From a virus, in the IMG/VR virus record IMGVR_UViG_3300001589_000003, positions 1-64,000 of that record: a stretch of DNA of 64,000 nucleotides. One strand, written 5' to 3'. Each line of letters begins with the position of its first letter. The stretch's first letter is position 1. A program made the translations under genes and the position numbers. The notes below the pieces were generated by a model. The model worked only from the letters and a program-made list of their open reading frames with translations. It searched no databases and was not told where the DNA came from. Of the stretch, positions 20,957-30,587 are shown in pieces.

Positions 20957-21374
20957 TTTTAATTTTGTTTTTGTAAGATTCTATTTTATTTTTTACCATA
21001 GACACTCCCAATTGTATTAGAGCCATCCATACCCCATTAAAGCTATAAGCTAAAGTACTAAAGGGTTGATCTTGACCAATGATTACCATTAACCAGGTCC
21101 ATAATTGAGGAGTATATGGTGTAGTTATGGGTAGTAACATTAAACTAACCAACATTCCTAACCACTCATGTTTAAAAAACATACCCACTTCACTCCAACC
21201 CAACCCATCATCGTCAAGATCATATTTTTTCTGGTCGAATAATAATTTACAGAGGTTATAGAACAACCACCCATATAATGCTAATGCCCACGGGTTACTA
21301 AGGAACACAGGTAATTGTACTGGTTCTACAGTCCCCATTCGGGTCATATATATGATTGCTAGTATAGTTTTCAT
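20949..21374 (-). CDS. Multi-pass membrane protein
   Basis: About 3 hydrophobic segments, basic C-terminus; between portal and protease. Confidence 0.6.
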   Translation of the reverse strand: MKTILAIIYMTRMGTVEPVQLPVFLSNPWALALYGWLFYNLCKLLFDQKKYDLDDDGLGWSEVGMFFKHEWLGMLVSLMLLPITTPYTPQLWTWLMVIIGQDQPFSTLAYSFNGVWMALIQLGVSMVKNKIESYKNKIKNA

Positions 21375-21392
21375 GATTTCTTTGAAGATTGA

Positions 21393-22877
21393 TTACTTGT
21401 TTGATCTTTTCTTCACTGTCCCCTGTGTATTGTTCTTATCGGTCGTCTTTCTTTCTGACGTATCCTTTCCCTCCTCCTTTTTCTTCTTAGCTGCCGCATC
21501 ACCGGAGGGGTCCTGTGTATTAATGTCTATTCTTGGTTCTTTCTTATCGGGTTTAACATATCCTAACTCATCAGCCCATTGTTCTAGCCCTATAATACCA
21601 TATTGGTATTTTACGATTTGATTCCTTACCATAATCTCTTGGGCTTGTTGGTATTTCAAATCATCCTGTATGGTTGATCTTTTGAATACAACATTTAAGT
21701 CCTTAAAACTAAACCCTGCCAGAGATAGTGCAAGTTTATACCCAAACTCTAAGTTCTGGATAATAATGTTTTGAACATTGGTTAATTGAGCTAGCATCTT
21801 AGTAAACATAACGGTTACAAGAGTTTCACTTGCTCCGGGTCTACCCATAAATATTGCATCATACTGTAAAGCTGATGCAATAGCTAATTCGTTTTGTTCA
21901 AATAAGCCCTGTACTCCTTCAGCAGATTTTACAGTAGCTTTAAAATCAAACTCATGATCATCAATAAAACCAACATTTGCTCCATCGGCAAAGCCTTCTA
22001 ATACCCTTTCCTTAGTCTCAGTTAGAAACTGTATCAACCTCGCTTCATAAGCAGGCTCAGTTTCATTCTCCATCATATCAGGCTTTGCTATCTTAGCATC
22101 TAAGTAACCAAGAATACCAAGCATGTTGATAATGTTTTTAATATTATCAACCATGGAGGTTTGAGTAGCAATTGGATCAATTACTGCCATATAAGGAGGA
22201 ATACCATAGGGGTTATCCAAATCCCCATTTAATGCTATATACTTATATTGGTTGGTATTTAATTTTTTAAGGTCTTTATCGGCACCAATTATACCTAGAC
22301 CCATATTTTTTAGTTTCTGATATGGTTTATAAGTTCTAGCCCCCTTATTAACAACAAATCTTACATTCTCGGGTTCTAAGAACCTAATTTGATCAATCTG
22401 ATTTAAAGCCATGTTTGGAATCCATTCAGTAGATAGTGCTCCTCCAATCATGATTTGCCTAAACATCTTATTAACTATTCCATCTACTCCTGCTGCACCA
22501 GCATGCCATGTAGATGAAGCATCTTTTAGATAGGCTCTCATCTTATCTACTTGATCAGCTGGAACACTAGGATCGAAGTTAATCTTATGCCCAGTATTAG
22601 CCAGCCTAACAAAATCATTCATTGCTTGACTTACATCTGGGTTTATCTTGGATAGTTTTCTTAAGATGGGTATAACATCAAACTGAAACTCAGGTGTTAC
22701 AGTTCTTAAACTTTTAGATAGGCCAGTTAACTCATTAGGAAAAGGTAGCTCTCTTTTTACAGAAGCTCTACTATTCACTATGGGTTTAGTGACGGGGCCT
22801 ATATCAATCTCCTTTCTAGCAGCTTTAATCTTATCACCACCAAAACCGATATTTATGTCTAATCCTAAAATTTGCAT
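21393..22877 (-). CDS. Portal protein
   Basis: Follows TerL; NPYGIPP motif; 494 aa. Confidence 0.85.
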   Translation of the reverse strand: MQILGLDINIGFGGDKIKAARKEIDIGPVTKPIVNSRASVKRELPFPNELTGLSKSLRTVTPEFQFDVIPILRKLSKINPDVSQAMNDFVRLANTGHKINFDPSVPADQVDKMRAYLKDASSTWHAGAAGVDGIVNKMFRQIMIGGALSTEWIPNMALNQIDQIRFLEPENVRFVVNKGARTYKPYQKLKNMGLGIIGADKDLKKLNTNQYKYIALNGDLDNPYGIPPYMAVIDPIATQTSMVDNIKNIINMLGILGYLDAKIAKPDMMENETEPAYEARLIQFLTETKERVLEGFADGANVGFIDDHEFDFKATVKSAEGVQGLFEQNELAIASALQYDAIFMGRPGASETLVTVMFTKMLAQLTNVQNIIIQNLEFGYKLALSLAGFSFKDLNVVFKRSTIQDDLKYQQAQEIMVRNQIVKYQYGIIGLEQWADELGYVKPDKKEPRIDINTQDPSGDAAAKKKKEEGKDTSERKTTDKNNTQGTVKKRSNK

Positions 22878-22880
22878 GAT

Positions 22881-25424
22881 TTATACGGGTTGAACTATTA
22901 TACCTCTTAATTTTATTTTACGAACATGATTGGTTATTGCCTTTGCTAAGATAGCATCATCTGTATAACCATCATCGCTTGAGAGAAGATCATCAGTTTG
23001 GGGTCCTGAACCTTTCCCCATTGCTACAGCTTTGTTTTTCTCATCATATATAAAGGTGTAGGCTTCTTGCACGAATGCTTCATCCTTTATTATAATGTTA
23101 TTCAGCCTGATGTCTTCCTCAAGTTCCCCTATTATTATGGGTCTATTCTTGGAAGTTGTATACCAACCTGGTATCTTCTCTTCTTTCGGCTTTCTTTTCT
23201 TTTTCTCCTTAACTAACTTAGTAGAGTAATAAAGCTTACTGTAATTCATCTCCTGTAGTTTAGAAGTTACTGCCAAACCTATATCATTAGATTCTGGAGC
23301 TAGAATTGCTCTATGATATATGTTACCTAGTCCTGCCATTAGTATTGCAAGCTCATTTGGGGGTAGTTTACCCTTATAAGAACCATACTCTTCTCCTTTT
23401 TCATCCATTATGGATAGAGCCGAGTAATCTCGTGATCTACCAGTTGAAACGTCACCCCCTATTCCAAACCTTCTACCATTCTCTGGTAACTTATAAATCT
23501 GTAAATTATCCCCCATTGAGGTTTTTACAGATTTTAGAACTTTATCAAATTGCCTATGTTTAGTTAGGTCTAATGGTATGTAATCATTTAAGCTTTCTTC
23601 TATAGCTCTTATATCCAATAGATCAAATACTGAAGACCCTGACGTTAAAAAATCGCCGTCAATTTCTTGAGCAGTACGTCTTGGTCCCAATGATGCTGAC
23701 ATCTCATTATACCAATTTGGGAACTTCTTGGTAGTGTCATTATCCTTACCACGTTCTGGGTGCATCTCCCATTTAAGTCGTAATGGAGTAAACTCTCCAC
23801 CGGAGCAAGCTTCTACCCATTTTTTGTGAAAGAAGTTCCCGATCCCATAGGGGGTGTTATGGTTAATAAAATGCGTTTTTGTTATATAAGATTCATCTTT
23901 TTCTACGCAAATGTCATAGATGGTGTCCTTAAATTTTCTCAGTACTACCAACTTACTTATTTTAACTCCTTTACATCTACTACCATTTAGCACTCTAGTT
24001 ACATAACTTGGGTGAATCCCTAAACTTTCTGCTATATCTTTTCTTCTTATCCCAGTATAGTGTTGTTCCCATATTTTACCAATGGTCATGATATCGGGAA
24101 ACCCTTTACCCGTATTGTTATTTAGAGTTAAGCCCCTAGAGTGTTTAACCGCTCTCTGGGCATTTTCTTTTCTAGTTATAATTTGAAGGTTATTAACATG
24201 ATCTATGTTCCTGGTATCATCCTTGTGATCTACTATATGACCCTTTGGTATCTCTCCTATAAAATGGGTAGCTACTAATATTGATACTTTAAATTTTCTT
24301 GATTTTTGCTTACTCCAAAGAGATACTCTATGATATCCCTCTGAACTAACCATTAATCTCTTCTCCTTTCCAGAACCTCTATAATACACCTTACCATGGT
24401 TAGAGATAAGATAATTAGGGTAGCCTTTTATTTTTTCCTTTCTCTCCTTCTTAGGGGGTTTATTTAGGGGAGCAACTTTTAAATTATCAACTCCACTATC
24501 AAATGTAATAGTGTATAAATCCTTTTTGATTACCTGTTTTAAAGTTTTCCAGCCTTTAGTGGTTAATACCCTATGAGCTGGAGTTGCTTTTAGCCTCTGC
24601 CCCATGTCACTCTCCACTTCCCAGGTTTTAAGTTTTCCTTTGTTTACAGCTCCTAATACTCTTCTCCACTTACCTGTATGTGATAATACCTCTAGTCCTA
24701 AGGCTTCCACATTATGTTTTCCAAAGTTCTTTGGGGCTATCATATCAACCCTAAAATTTCCACTTTTCCCAACTATTTCTGTATCACCTGTTATACAAGA
24801 ATTAAGTATAGCTCTACCCCCAGTTGATAGTGTTGGAAATGCTGCAGCCCATATTTGATCTGCCCACCTAATGATCGCAGCTTCATCAATAACCAATAAC
24901 GATAAAGCCTCAGATCGACCAGCTTCTTCTGTAGTTGGTATAGAGGTAATGAGAGAACCATTAGCGAACTCGATTTCGGAGGCAGTACCCAAGTCCTTAG
25001 TTCTCCCATTGATGATTTGTACTTGAAGGTGGTCAGGTAAGTTCCTATACATGAACTTAATCTTTCTCAATACCTTCTTAGCAACGGTGTCTTTTATGCT
25101 TATGATATTTATGTTCTTGTTTGAATGGAACATTGCATACCATAAGCAAAATAATGATATCAACTCTGTCAGCCCTGCCTGGCGGAATTTGAGTATAATA
25201 TTAAACCTTTCTCTAATAAAGGAATAAAGTACAGCCCTTTGATATGGATATAATCCGAATTGGACTTTACCATAGACTGGGTTAATAACGTGTATAAAGT
25301 TGGAGAAAAAGAATGGGTCGGCAGCAGCTCTGGTTAAATCCTCGAATTCATCCGAAGACAAAGGTTTGTTTACAACCTTAGAAGCTCTACCCTTGGAGCC
25401 TATGTTTTCATCTGTATTATTCAT
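22881..25424 (-). CDS. terL: Terminase large subunit containing an intein
   Basis: LYPYQ, KFRQAGLT (Walker A), LLVIDEAA (Walker B), nuclease GGDVSTG...ESNDIG...DDAILA. Confidence 0.95.
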   Translation of the reverse strand: MNNTDENIGSKGRASKVVNKPLSSDEFEDLTRAAADPFFFSNFIHVINPVYGKVQFGLYPYQRAVLYSFIRERFNIILKFRQAGLTELISLFCLWYAMFHSNKNINIISIKDTVAKKVLRKIKFMYRNLPDHLQVQIINGRTKDLGTASEIEFANGSLITSIPTTEEAGRSEALSLLVIDEAAIIRWADQIWAAAFPTLSTGGRAILNSCITGDTEIVGKSGNFRVDMIAPKNFGKHNVEALGLEVLSHTGKWRRVLGAVNKGKLKTWEVESDMGQRLKATPAHRVLTTKGWKTLKQVIKKDLYTITFDSGVDNLKVAPLNKPPKKERKEKIKGYPNYLISNHGKVYYRGSGKEKRLMVSSEGYHRVSLWSKQKSRKFKVSILVATHFIGEIPKGHIVDHKDDTRNIDHVNNLQIITRKENAQRAVKHSRGLTLNNNTGKGFPDIMTIGKIWEQHYTGIRRKDIAESLGIHPSYVTRVLNGSRCKGVKISKLVVLRKFKDTIYDICVEKDESYITKTHFINHNTPYGIGNFFHKKWVEACSGGEFTPLRLKWEMHPERGKDNDTTKKFPNWYNEMSASLGPRRTAQEIDGDFLTSGSSVFDLLDIRAIEESLNDYIPLDLTKHRQFDKVLKSVKTSMGDNLQIYKLPENGRRFGIGGDVSTGRSRDYSALSIMDEKGEEYGSYKGKLPPNELAILMAGLGNIYHRAILAPESNDIGLAVTSKLQEMNYSKLYYSTKLVKEKKKRKPKEEKIPGWYTTSKNRPIIIGELEEDIRLNNIIIKDEAFVQEAYTFIYDEKNKAVAMGKGSGPQTDDLLSSDDGYTDDAILAKAITNHVRKIKLRGIIVQPV
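23856..24797 (-). mobile_element. Intein (314 aa) with NUMOD4-HNH homing endonuclease
   Basis: S|CITGDTEI ... ATPAHRV (block B) ... IYDICVEKDESYI...NHN|T; internal IKGYPNYLISNHGKV and VDHKDDTRNIDHVNNL; removal restores GGRAILNSTPYG. Confidence 0.92.
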
Positions 25425-26122
25425 TTAAGTTTATAACCTATATCAGTTTTTAAAATGAATTGAGTATCGTTAGATAAAGTAAACGATGCGTCCCCTCTTA
25501 ATCTAAATCTACCCTTAGAGATAGAATAATCCAAACCTAGGATGGGGGAACTCAATTGAAAGTTGTACCCAGTGTGTCCATATAGATTTGATACATAACT
25601 TGCATGTCCAACTTTTTTAGGCAATTCGTCGGCTCTAAAATTGCCTTCTCGAAATTGATATCTAAAACGGTCATAATTAACGCCAAAGGAGTTTTGCCTG
25701 ATGGACCCGTCAATTCCCAACAGATCAAGTCTGAGGCTGTCCCCACTGAATTCTCCATAGATAAGTTTACTTGCATCTGGGTGTTGTTGTAGAAATGCTA
25801 ATGAGATTTTGGTTATCTCTCCATTCAAAGAGTCTATTACGGATAACAGTGAGTCATCCATGACTACCTCTCTACTTTGGTAGCTTTTTGTAGAATCAAT
25901 GTAATTTATAACATATCTAGGTGGAACATAATTTTCATACTCTGGTGTTGGTAATTTACTATAATCTACAAATACTGTTGTAGAGTCAGTTTTAAAATTT
26001 GGGTTTTCCCAATACTCTTTAGCCTTAGCATCTTGATCTTTCCTGTCAAGGTAAAAAAAGATTATTAAACCTATTATGGCTATCTGTACTATAAGGGAAC
26101 CCCATTTTCTTAGGTTTTCCAT
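25421..26122 (-). CDS. N-terminally anchored membrane protein, candidate spanin
   Basis: N-terminal TM helix, C-terminal amphipathic beta-strands ending IGYKLK; adjacent to holin and endolysin. Confidence 0.45.
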   Translation of the reverse strand: MENLRKWGSLIVQIAIIGLIIFFYLDRKDQDAKAKEYWENPNFKTDSTTVFVDYSKLPTPEYENYVPPRYVINYIDSTKSYQSREVVMDDSLLSVIDSLNGEITKISLAFLQQHPDASKLIYGEFSGDSLRLDLLGIDGSIRQNSFGVNYDRFRYQFREGNFRADELPKKVGHASYVSNLYGHTGYNFQLSSPILGLDYSISKGRFRLRGDASFTLSNDTQFILKTDIGYKLK

Positions 26123-26198
26123 AACTTTAAATTTTTAATTAAACATAACCCCTGAAACTAAGTTCAGAGATTCAACATACAATTGCATATATATACCC

Positions 26199-26226
26199 CC
26201 CTATTTTCCCCTTAAGGGGGAATAGG
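26199..26226. terminator. Hairpin between holin and candidate spanin
   Basis: CCTATT(TT)CCCC/GGGG(G)AATAGG inverted repeat; no clear U-tract. Confidence 0.35.
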
Positions 26227-26251
26227 ATGGGGTAATATTCATGCATTGTTG

Positions 26252-26443
26252 TTAGAATTCTTTTATTGCTGCTTTTATAGAAGGCCAATTGAGTCCAACG
26301 AATATACCTACAAGAAGCCAAGCTATCTCATAGAACACTACCCCATTTTTGAATATGAATAGTAGTACAGCTATGGTTAGCAGTGTTGCCGATTTTAAAG
26401 CATACTTAGCTAACCAATTCTTAAGCATTACAAGATATTTCAT
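26252..26443 (-). CDS. Putative holin (2 TM)
   Basis: 63 aa, two hydrophobic helices, immediately downstream of endolysin. Confidence 0.55.
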   Translation of the reverse strand: MKYLVMLKNWLAKYALKSATLLTIAVLLFIFKNGVVFYEIAWLLVGIFVGLNWPSIKAAIKEF

Positions 26444-26450
26444 AAATTTA

Positions 26451-27011
26451 CTATTTAGTTAAACATTCGATAAATCCTTTCACACATAAGCCTCTGTCTC
26501 CATCGAAGTTGTATGATCTTTTCTTTCTGGCTACTTCTATACCTTCTCTACCTCCACTATCATTGGTATTCCCTTCTACAGCCATGAAATGGGTTTTCTT
26601 CACATCTTCCACAATTCCAGCATGTCCATAAGTCCATACCCCATTTTTAGTCTTAGAAGGCTCACCATCTCTTCGTTTCTCAAATATAACCATTGATCCA
26701 GGTTTTGCTATCTTAGAAACTTTAAATAGTCCGGTATCATCCTTCTCAAAGTTCTCAAGTGTTCTAACAGCATTAGCACTACAATTGTCTGTTATACTTG
26801 CCAATACTTTACTTTTACCCGAGTATGTAGGATGTGCCCAAGCAGCTTCTGCAAATAGTGCACACCATGCCCATCCGTTTTCAAAGCCCACTCTTCTCAT
26901 AACACCATCAAGTATAGGGTTTACAAAACCCCCGTTATTGGGTATCTCTCTTTCACCTATCATCTCTCTTACCCATTGTAAAACTGCGTCATTCATTTTT
27001 AGTACTTCCAT
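26451..27011 (-). CDS. Endolysin, CHAP domain
   Basis: AWCALF (catalytic Cys), GHAGIVE (His), VEGNT. Confidence 0.9.
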   Translation of the reverse strand: MEVLKMNDAVLQWVREMIGEREIPNNGGFVNPILDGVMRRVGFENGWAWCALFAEAAWAHPTYSGKSKVLASITDNCSANAVRTLENFEKDDTGLFKVSKIAKPGSMVIFEKRRDGEPSKTKNGVWTYGHAGIVEDVKKTHFMAVEGNTNDSGGREGIEVARKKRSYNFDGDRGLCVKGFIECLTK

Positions 27012-27015
27012 TGTT

Positions 27016-28011
27016 TTAAAAGTTTAGTTTATCTATTATTGATTTGAACCATACCCCTATTTCGTAAGGGGGTGATTTTGTTACTGTTGTTCTAGCTTTG
27101 TTAATACAGTACTCTGACCAATCCTCATCATACCATAGTTTAAAAGAGTCTGGAACTCCTTGTATTCTAGCCATCTCTCTAGGTGATAACATGTGACCCC
27201 AATGATTAAACTGTCTGTTAGCTTTCCTTACTGTAAATGGGTATGCGTTGGCAAAATTACGATATACCCCTGGTTGGTTCTTCATACGCTCCCTATTTAC
27301 AGGCCAACGATTTTCCGCCTTGAATTCCGTTAACCAGAGCTTTCTAGCTTTCTTAACAGATACCCTAGAATCATCGCCATAATATAGGTTAATCATTTTC
27401 TTGTCATCTTCAGTAACATGACATATACTAGGATTATATTCCTCTAATCCTTTTATCAATTCACCTGACGTTTTGTAGATGAAGTCGGTCTTTGGTAGTT
27501 TAAATTTTTTTATTGTATTCTTGGGTAAATCCTTATGAACCCCCACTATTACTAATCTAACCCTAGTTTTTTGAGAGTTACCCCAAGCTGATACTGACTC
27601 CTTAAAAGTAACTGTTCTGTAGTTTAAGAACTCATCCAGTAGGGTTGGGTAGTGCTCAAGCATCTTGGGTAAATTCTCCATCATAAAGAACTGAGGTTGG
27701 TAGTAGTTGATAGAATCCACAAATGCTCTTAGACTAGCGTTCTCGCTCGGATCACTCATCTTCTTAGCCCTAGAGTAGGCTAGTACTGATGAATGCCCAC
27801 AGTCTGGAGCTCCAATAATGATATCTACCCCATCCTTCCTATACCTGACATCTGTTGTTTCATCATAGGATACGTTAAAATTTAGGTTCCATTGTTTTTG
27901 GTGGGTGGTGTGAAACACAGTTCTTGGTTCTATATTACCAACAAGTTGGTTTCTAAATGGGTGAAGTATTACACCGTTACCTCCACATACTCCTAATGTT
28001 TTCAAGCTCAT
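27016..28011 (-). CDS. C5 cytosine DNA methyltransferase (divergent)
   Basis: Motif IV GAPDCG, VI MENL, VIII QKTRVRLVIVG, IX LSPREMARIQGVPDSF; motif I degenerate (LGVCGGNG). Confidence 0.85.
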   Translation of the reverse strand: MSLKTLGVCGGNGVILHPFRNQLVGNIEPRTVFHTTHQKQWNLNFNVSYDETTDVRYRKDGVDIIIGAPDCGHSSVLAYSRAKKMSDPSENASLRAFVDSINYYQPQFFMMENLPKMLEHYPTLLDEFLNYRTVTFKESVSAWGNSQKTRVRLVIVGVHKDLPKNTIKKFKLPKTDFIYKTSGELIKGLEEYNPSICHVTEDDKKMINLYYGDDSRVSVKKARKLWLTEFKAENRWPVNRERMKNQPGVYRNFANAYPFTVRKANRQFNHWGHMLSPREMARIQGVPDSFKLWYDEDWSEYCINKARTTVTKSPPYEIGVWFKSIIDKLNF

Positions 28012-28086
28012 ACAATTTATAAGATAAGTATTGTTTGACTATTATTTCACCTAGAGTTTTAATTTTTTTATTCAATTATTTAATCA

Positions 28087-28094
28087 TATCTTTA
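28087..28094 (+). promoter_or_regulatory. Bacteroidota-type -7 promoter variant (TATCTTTA)
   Basis: Divergent intergenic region, 4 nt before ATG at 28099. Confidence 0.5.
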
Positions 28095-28098
28095 TCAC

Positions 28099-28407
28099 AT
28101 GGAAATCAAAGAATATATAAAAAAGGCAAAAAAATATCAGAAGACCCCCAAACGGAAAAAGCTTGATAGACTAACTTATTTAACTTTAGGATATGCGGGT
28201 GAAGGAGGAGAGGTAGCAGATGAGATTAAGAAGGCATGGAGAAATAAGTCGGGTAGGATAACTAAAGCACGTAGAAACAAAATATTAATAGAAATGGGTG
28301 ATGTCTTGAATATTACTTTTAGAATGATGAAGGAACTCGACTGTACCATGGAAGAACTTCTGGATATACACTTAGAAAAACTTAAAAATAAAGCTAAACC
28401 ATTTTAA
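28099..28407 (+). CDS. MazG-like nucleotide pyrophosphohydrolase
   Basis: LGYAGEGGEVADEIKK...EMGDVL. Confidence 0.85.
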   Translation: MEIKEYIKKAKKYQKTPKRKKLDRLTYLTLGYAGEGGEVADEIKKAWRNKSGRITKARRNKILIEMGDVLNITFRMMKELDCTMEELLDIHLEKLKNKAKPF

Positions 28408-28408
28408 C

Positions 28409-28591
28409 ATGAATGCAAAGAATATTATGTCAATCGCAGGGTACTGGGTTACGTTCTACATTATACACATAGATATAGTAGAACTAGTAGGAAAGGACAC
28501 CAAATACTATTGGATAATGATTTTAAAATTAGTAATATTATCACTTATGGCCTTCCTTAGAGGGTTCAACAATAAAACTTTACAAATATGA
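28409..28591 (+). CDS. Small membrane protein
   Basis: Two hydrophobic segments; coupled to next ORF. Confidence 0.55.
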   Translation: MNAKNIMSIAGYWVTFYIIHIDIVELVGKDTKYYWIMILKLVILSLMAFLRGFNNKTLQI

Positions 28592-29175
28592 AAAAACTAT
28601 GGTGCCAATTTATACTTTGGCTTTTTAACAAGAACCTAATGCTCATCAATGGAGAAGTTGATGAACGGGGTAAGGTTACAGTACATGTGGGTATTGATTC
28701 CAAATACGAACACCCACTAGGTAAGATTCAGGTGGATAGACTCTTTCACATACCAGATTGGAGATACAAAGCAGATTGGATCAATACGGAGGGCGAATAT
28801 ATGGTCAGGCTACAAGATAACAATAAACCCAATTTGTTTATGGAGCATATAGCAACTCGAGATGATCTAACCTCTCATTTTGGAAAAAACTTTAACCCAT
28901 CTTCTGCAAAGTTGATTGCTGGCTGGTTATTTAAACATGTTCAACTATCTACAGGAGTAGCAGTGGATGTTATCGTTCGACCTAAGGGTATGGAGAAACA
29001 ATTGTTCTTAGAAAATGTGAAGAGTGGAAAAATGAAAGCTGTTGAGTTTACTAGACCCATAGATTACATGAGAGTGGTGGATGTTAATATAGAAGCTTAC
29101 TCTGATGTTGCTGCTCTTAATGATGCAGAAAAGTCAGAACTGAAAGCCTTTTTACATAAAGCAGATTTATCATGA
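28588..29175 (+). CDS. Hypothetical protein
   Basis: ORF track; coupled overlaps. Confidence 0.7.
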   Translation: MKKLWCQFILWLFNKNLMLINGEVDERGKVTVHVGIDSKYEHPLGKIQVDRLFHIPDWRYKADWINTEGEYMVRLQDNNKPNLFMEHIATRDDLTSHFGKNFNPSSAKLIAGWLFKHVQLSTGVAVDVIVRPKGMEKQLFLENVKSGKMKAVEFTRPIDYMRVVDVNIEAYSDVAALNDAEKSELKAFLHKADLS

Positions 29176-29330
29176 GCCATATGAACAGACCCTTATCTAA
29201 ATTGGATGATACCAAAGTACCCAAGAAAGTATATCACTCATGGGCATCTGGGGTTGATAATGATAAGGGTAGGAAAGTAAGACATCCTTATACTGAAGTG
29301 GGGTTCAAATTTGACAAAGACAAGACATGA
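29172..29330 (+). CDS. Hypothetical protein (52 aa)
   Basis: Manual translation MSHMNRPLSKLDDTK...; ATGA overlaps at both ends. Confidence 0.55.
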   Translation: MSHMNRPLSKLDDTKVPKKVYHSWASGVDNDKGRKVRHPYTEVGFKFDKDKT

Positions 29331-29647
29331 AAGATTCAGAGAAATTAAAACTCTTAGCTAACTGGTTTGATTTAAGAGATAAGGAACAACCTATATTTAA
29401 AGGTAGTGGTACAGAAGTTCAAACAGACCTTAGAAGAATAGCTAGAAGCTTAGAAATAGATGAAAGCATAACCCAAGTTCCTGTAAATACTAGGCAAGTG
29501 GTAGATGTGGATGTTATCACTGGGTTTAATGCAAAAACCCTACGTGAAAATCTACTGAGAGCTTATGATGATGGTTTTGAGATAGTATCTAACTTAGCTG
29601 GTGATGCTAGACTAGGTTATTCAATTATTGTACATAAATATAAATAA
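29327..29647 (+). CDS. Hypothetical protein
   Basis: ORF track. Confidence 0.65.
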   Translation: MKDSEKLKLLANWFDLRDKEQPIFKGSGTEVQTDLRRIARSLEIDESITQVPVNTRQVVDVDVITGFNAKTLRENLLRAYDDGFEIVSNLAGDARLGYSIIVHKYK

Positions 29648-29648
29648 C

Positions 29649-30176
29649 ATGCAAAAAGAAAGAATACCCAAAGAATTAAAAGGAGCACTGATCTGGTTAA
29701 GTATGTCAATAATACTTGGGTTCGCAGTCATATCCTTCAGTGAGAAGATAAATGGGCCGAATGCCTTTTTTAATAATTGGTGGCCTGTATTAGTAGGACT
29801 ATCAATTATGGTACTAGGTATAACTAATGTACATGCTTGGCGAGAGTCCAAGAGAATTCGTAAAGGAGCCCATATAAAGGTTCAGTTCCTTAGGGCTATA
29901 GTGATATCATTAATTTCATTAGGGCTAACTATGTATGCACCTGCTCCAATTATCAAATGGCAATTCTTTATAAGTATCTGTTCTTTTCAGATCGGTATAT
30001 TTATGTTAGCCTTTGATTACTTATTCAACTATTACAAAGGCAATGAATGGAGCTATTTTGGAACAGAATCAGTTCTGGATGTTTTCAATGCTAAAATACC
30101 CATATGGTTAAACATCTTTTTGGAGGTATCATTTCTAATTGGAACTATATGGGCTTTTGATAAGTATATTGTATAA
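29649..30176 (+). CDS. Multi-pass membrane protein
   Basis: About 5 TM segments; start probably MQKERI at 29649 rather than 29628. Confidence 0.65.
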   Translation: MQKERIPKELKGALIWLSMSIILGFAVISFSEKINGPNAFFNNWWPVLVGLSIMVLGITNVHAWRESKRIRKGAHIKVQFLRAIVISLISLGLTMYAPAPIIKWQFFISICSFQIGIFMLAFDYLFNYYKGNEWSYFGTESVLDVFNAKIPIWLNIFLEVSFLIGTIWAFDKYIV

Positions 30177-30179
30177 TAA

Positions 30180-30255
30180 GGCAGAGGATAGCATAGCTGA
30201 CAAATGCGCTACCCATACAGGGTAGAGATCGTGGGGTAAGAGCTCACCTTCTGCC
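30180..30255 (+). tRNA. Degenerate tRNA-like element (Val-TAC-like, probably pseudo or repurposed)
   Basis: Cloverleaf: GGCAGAGG/CTTCTGCC, D-stem GCAT/ATGC, anticodon stem CTACC/GGTAG with loop CATACAG, variable AGATC, T-stem GTGGG/CTCAC; lacks U33, TTC and CCA. Confidence 0.55.
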
Positions 30256-30416
30256 TAGAAATTTTAGAACACTCGATGGATATGTAAACCGGTGGTCGGG
30301 TCTGAACGAACGGTATAGGGGTTAATCAGAGTGAGGCATCTGTCGGGTATATGATTAAATGTATTCGTCTCAATGATTAATCATCAGGCCATTTTTTAAC
30401 TTTAAATCTAATAAAC

Positions 30417-30587
30417 ATGAGAATTTTAAATGCATTCTTTTATATATTCTGCATCCTGTGGGTAGTTGCTACTCTATCTGTAGTGATTTGGATGATCACT
30501 AATTATAATCATTACGGATGGATTCTTTTAATATCACTAGCAGTTGCTGGGTATATGGTGCATAGAGTACATAACCCCAGGCATTGA
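30417..30587 (+). CDS. Small 2-TM membrane protein (56 aa)
   Basis: Manual translation MRILNAFFYIFCILWVVATL...; stop overlaps next start. Confidence 0.55.
   Translation: MRILNAFFYIFCILWVVATLSVVIWMITNYNHYGWILLISLAVAGYMVHRVHNPRH

Noticed and set aside
25552-25792. Nested ORFs inside the candidate spanin as an embedded o-spanin
   Set aside because: No signal peptide or lipobox Cys in a suitable position
1856-27027. Plus-strand ORFs of 60-140 aa across the structural region
   Set aside because: Antisense shadows of long minus-strand genes; no recognisable motifs
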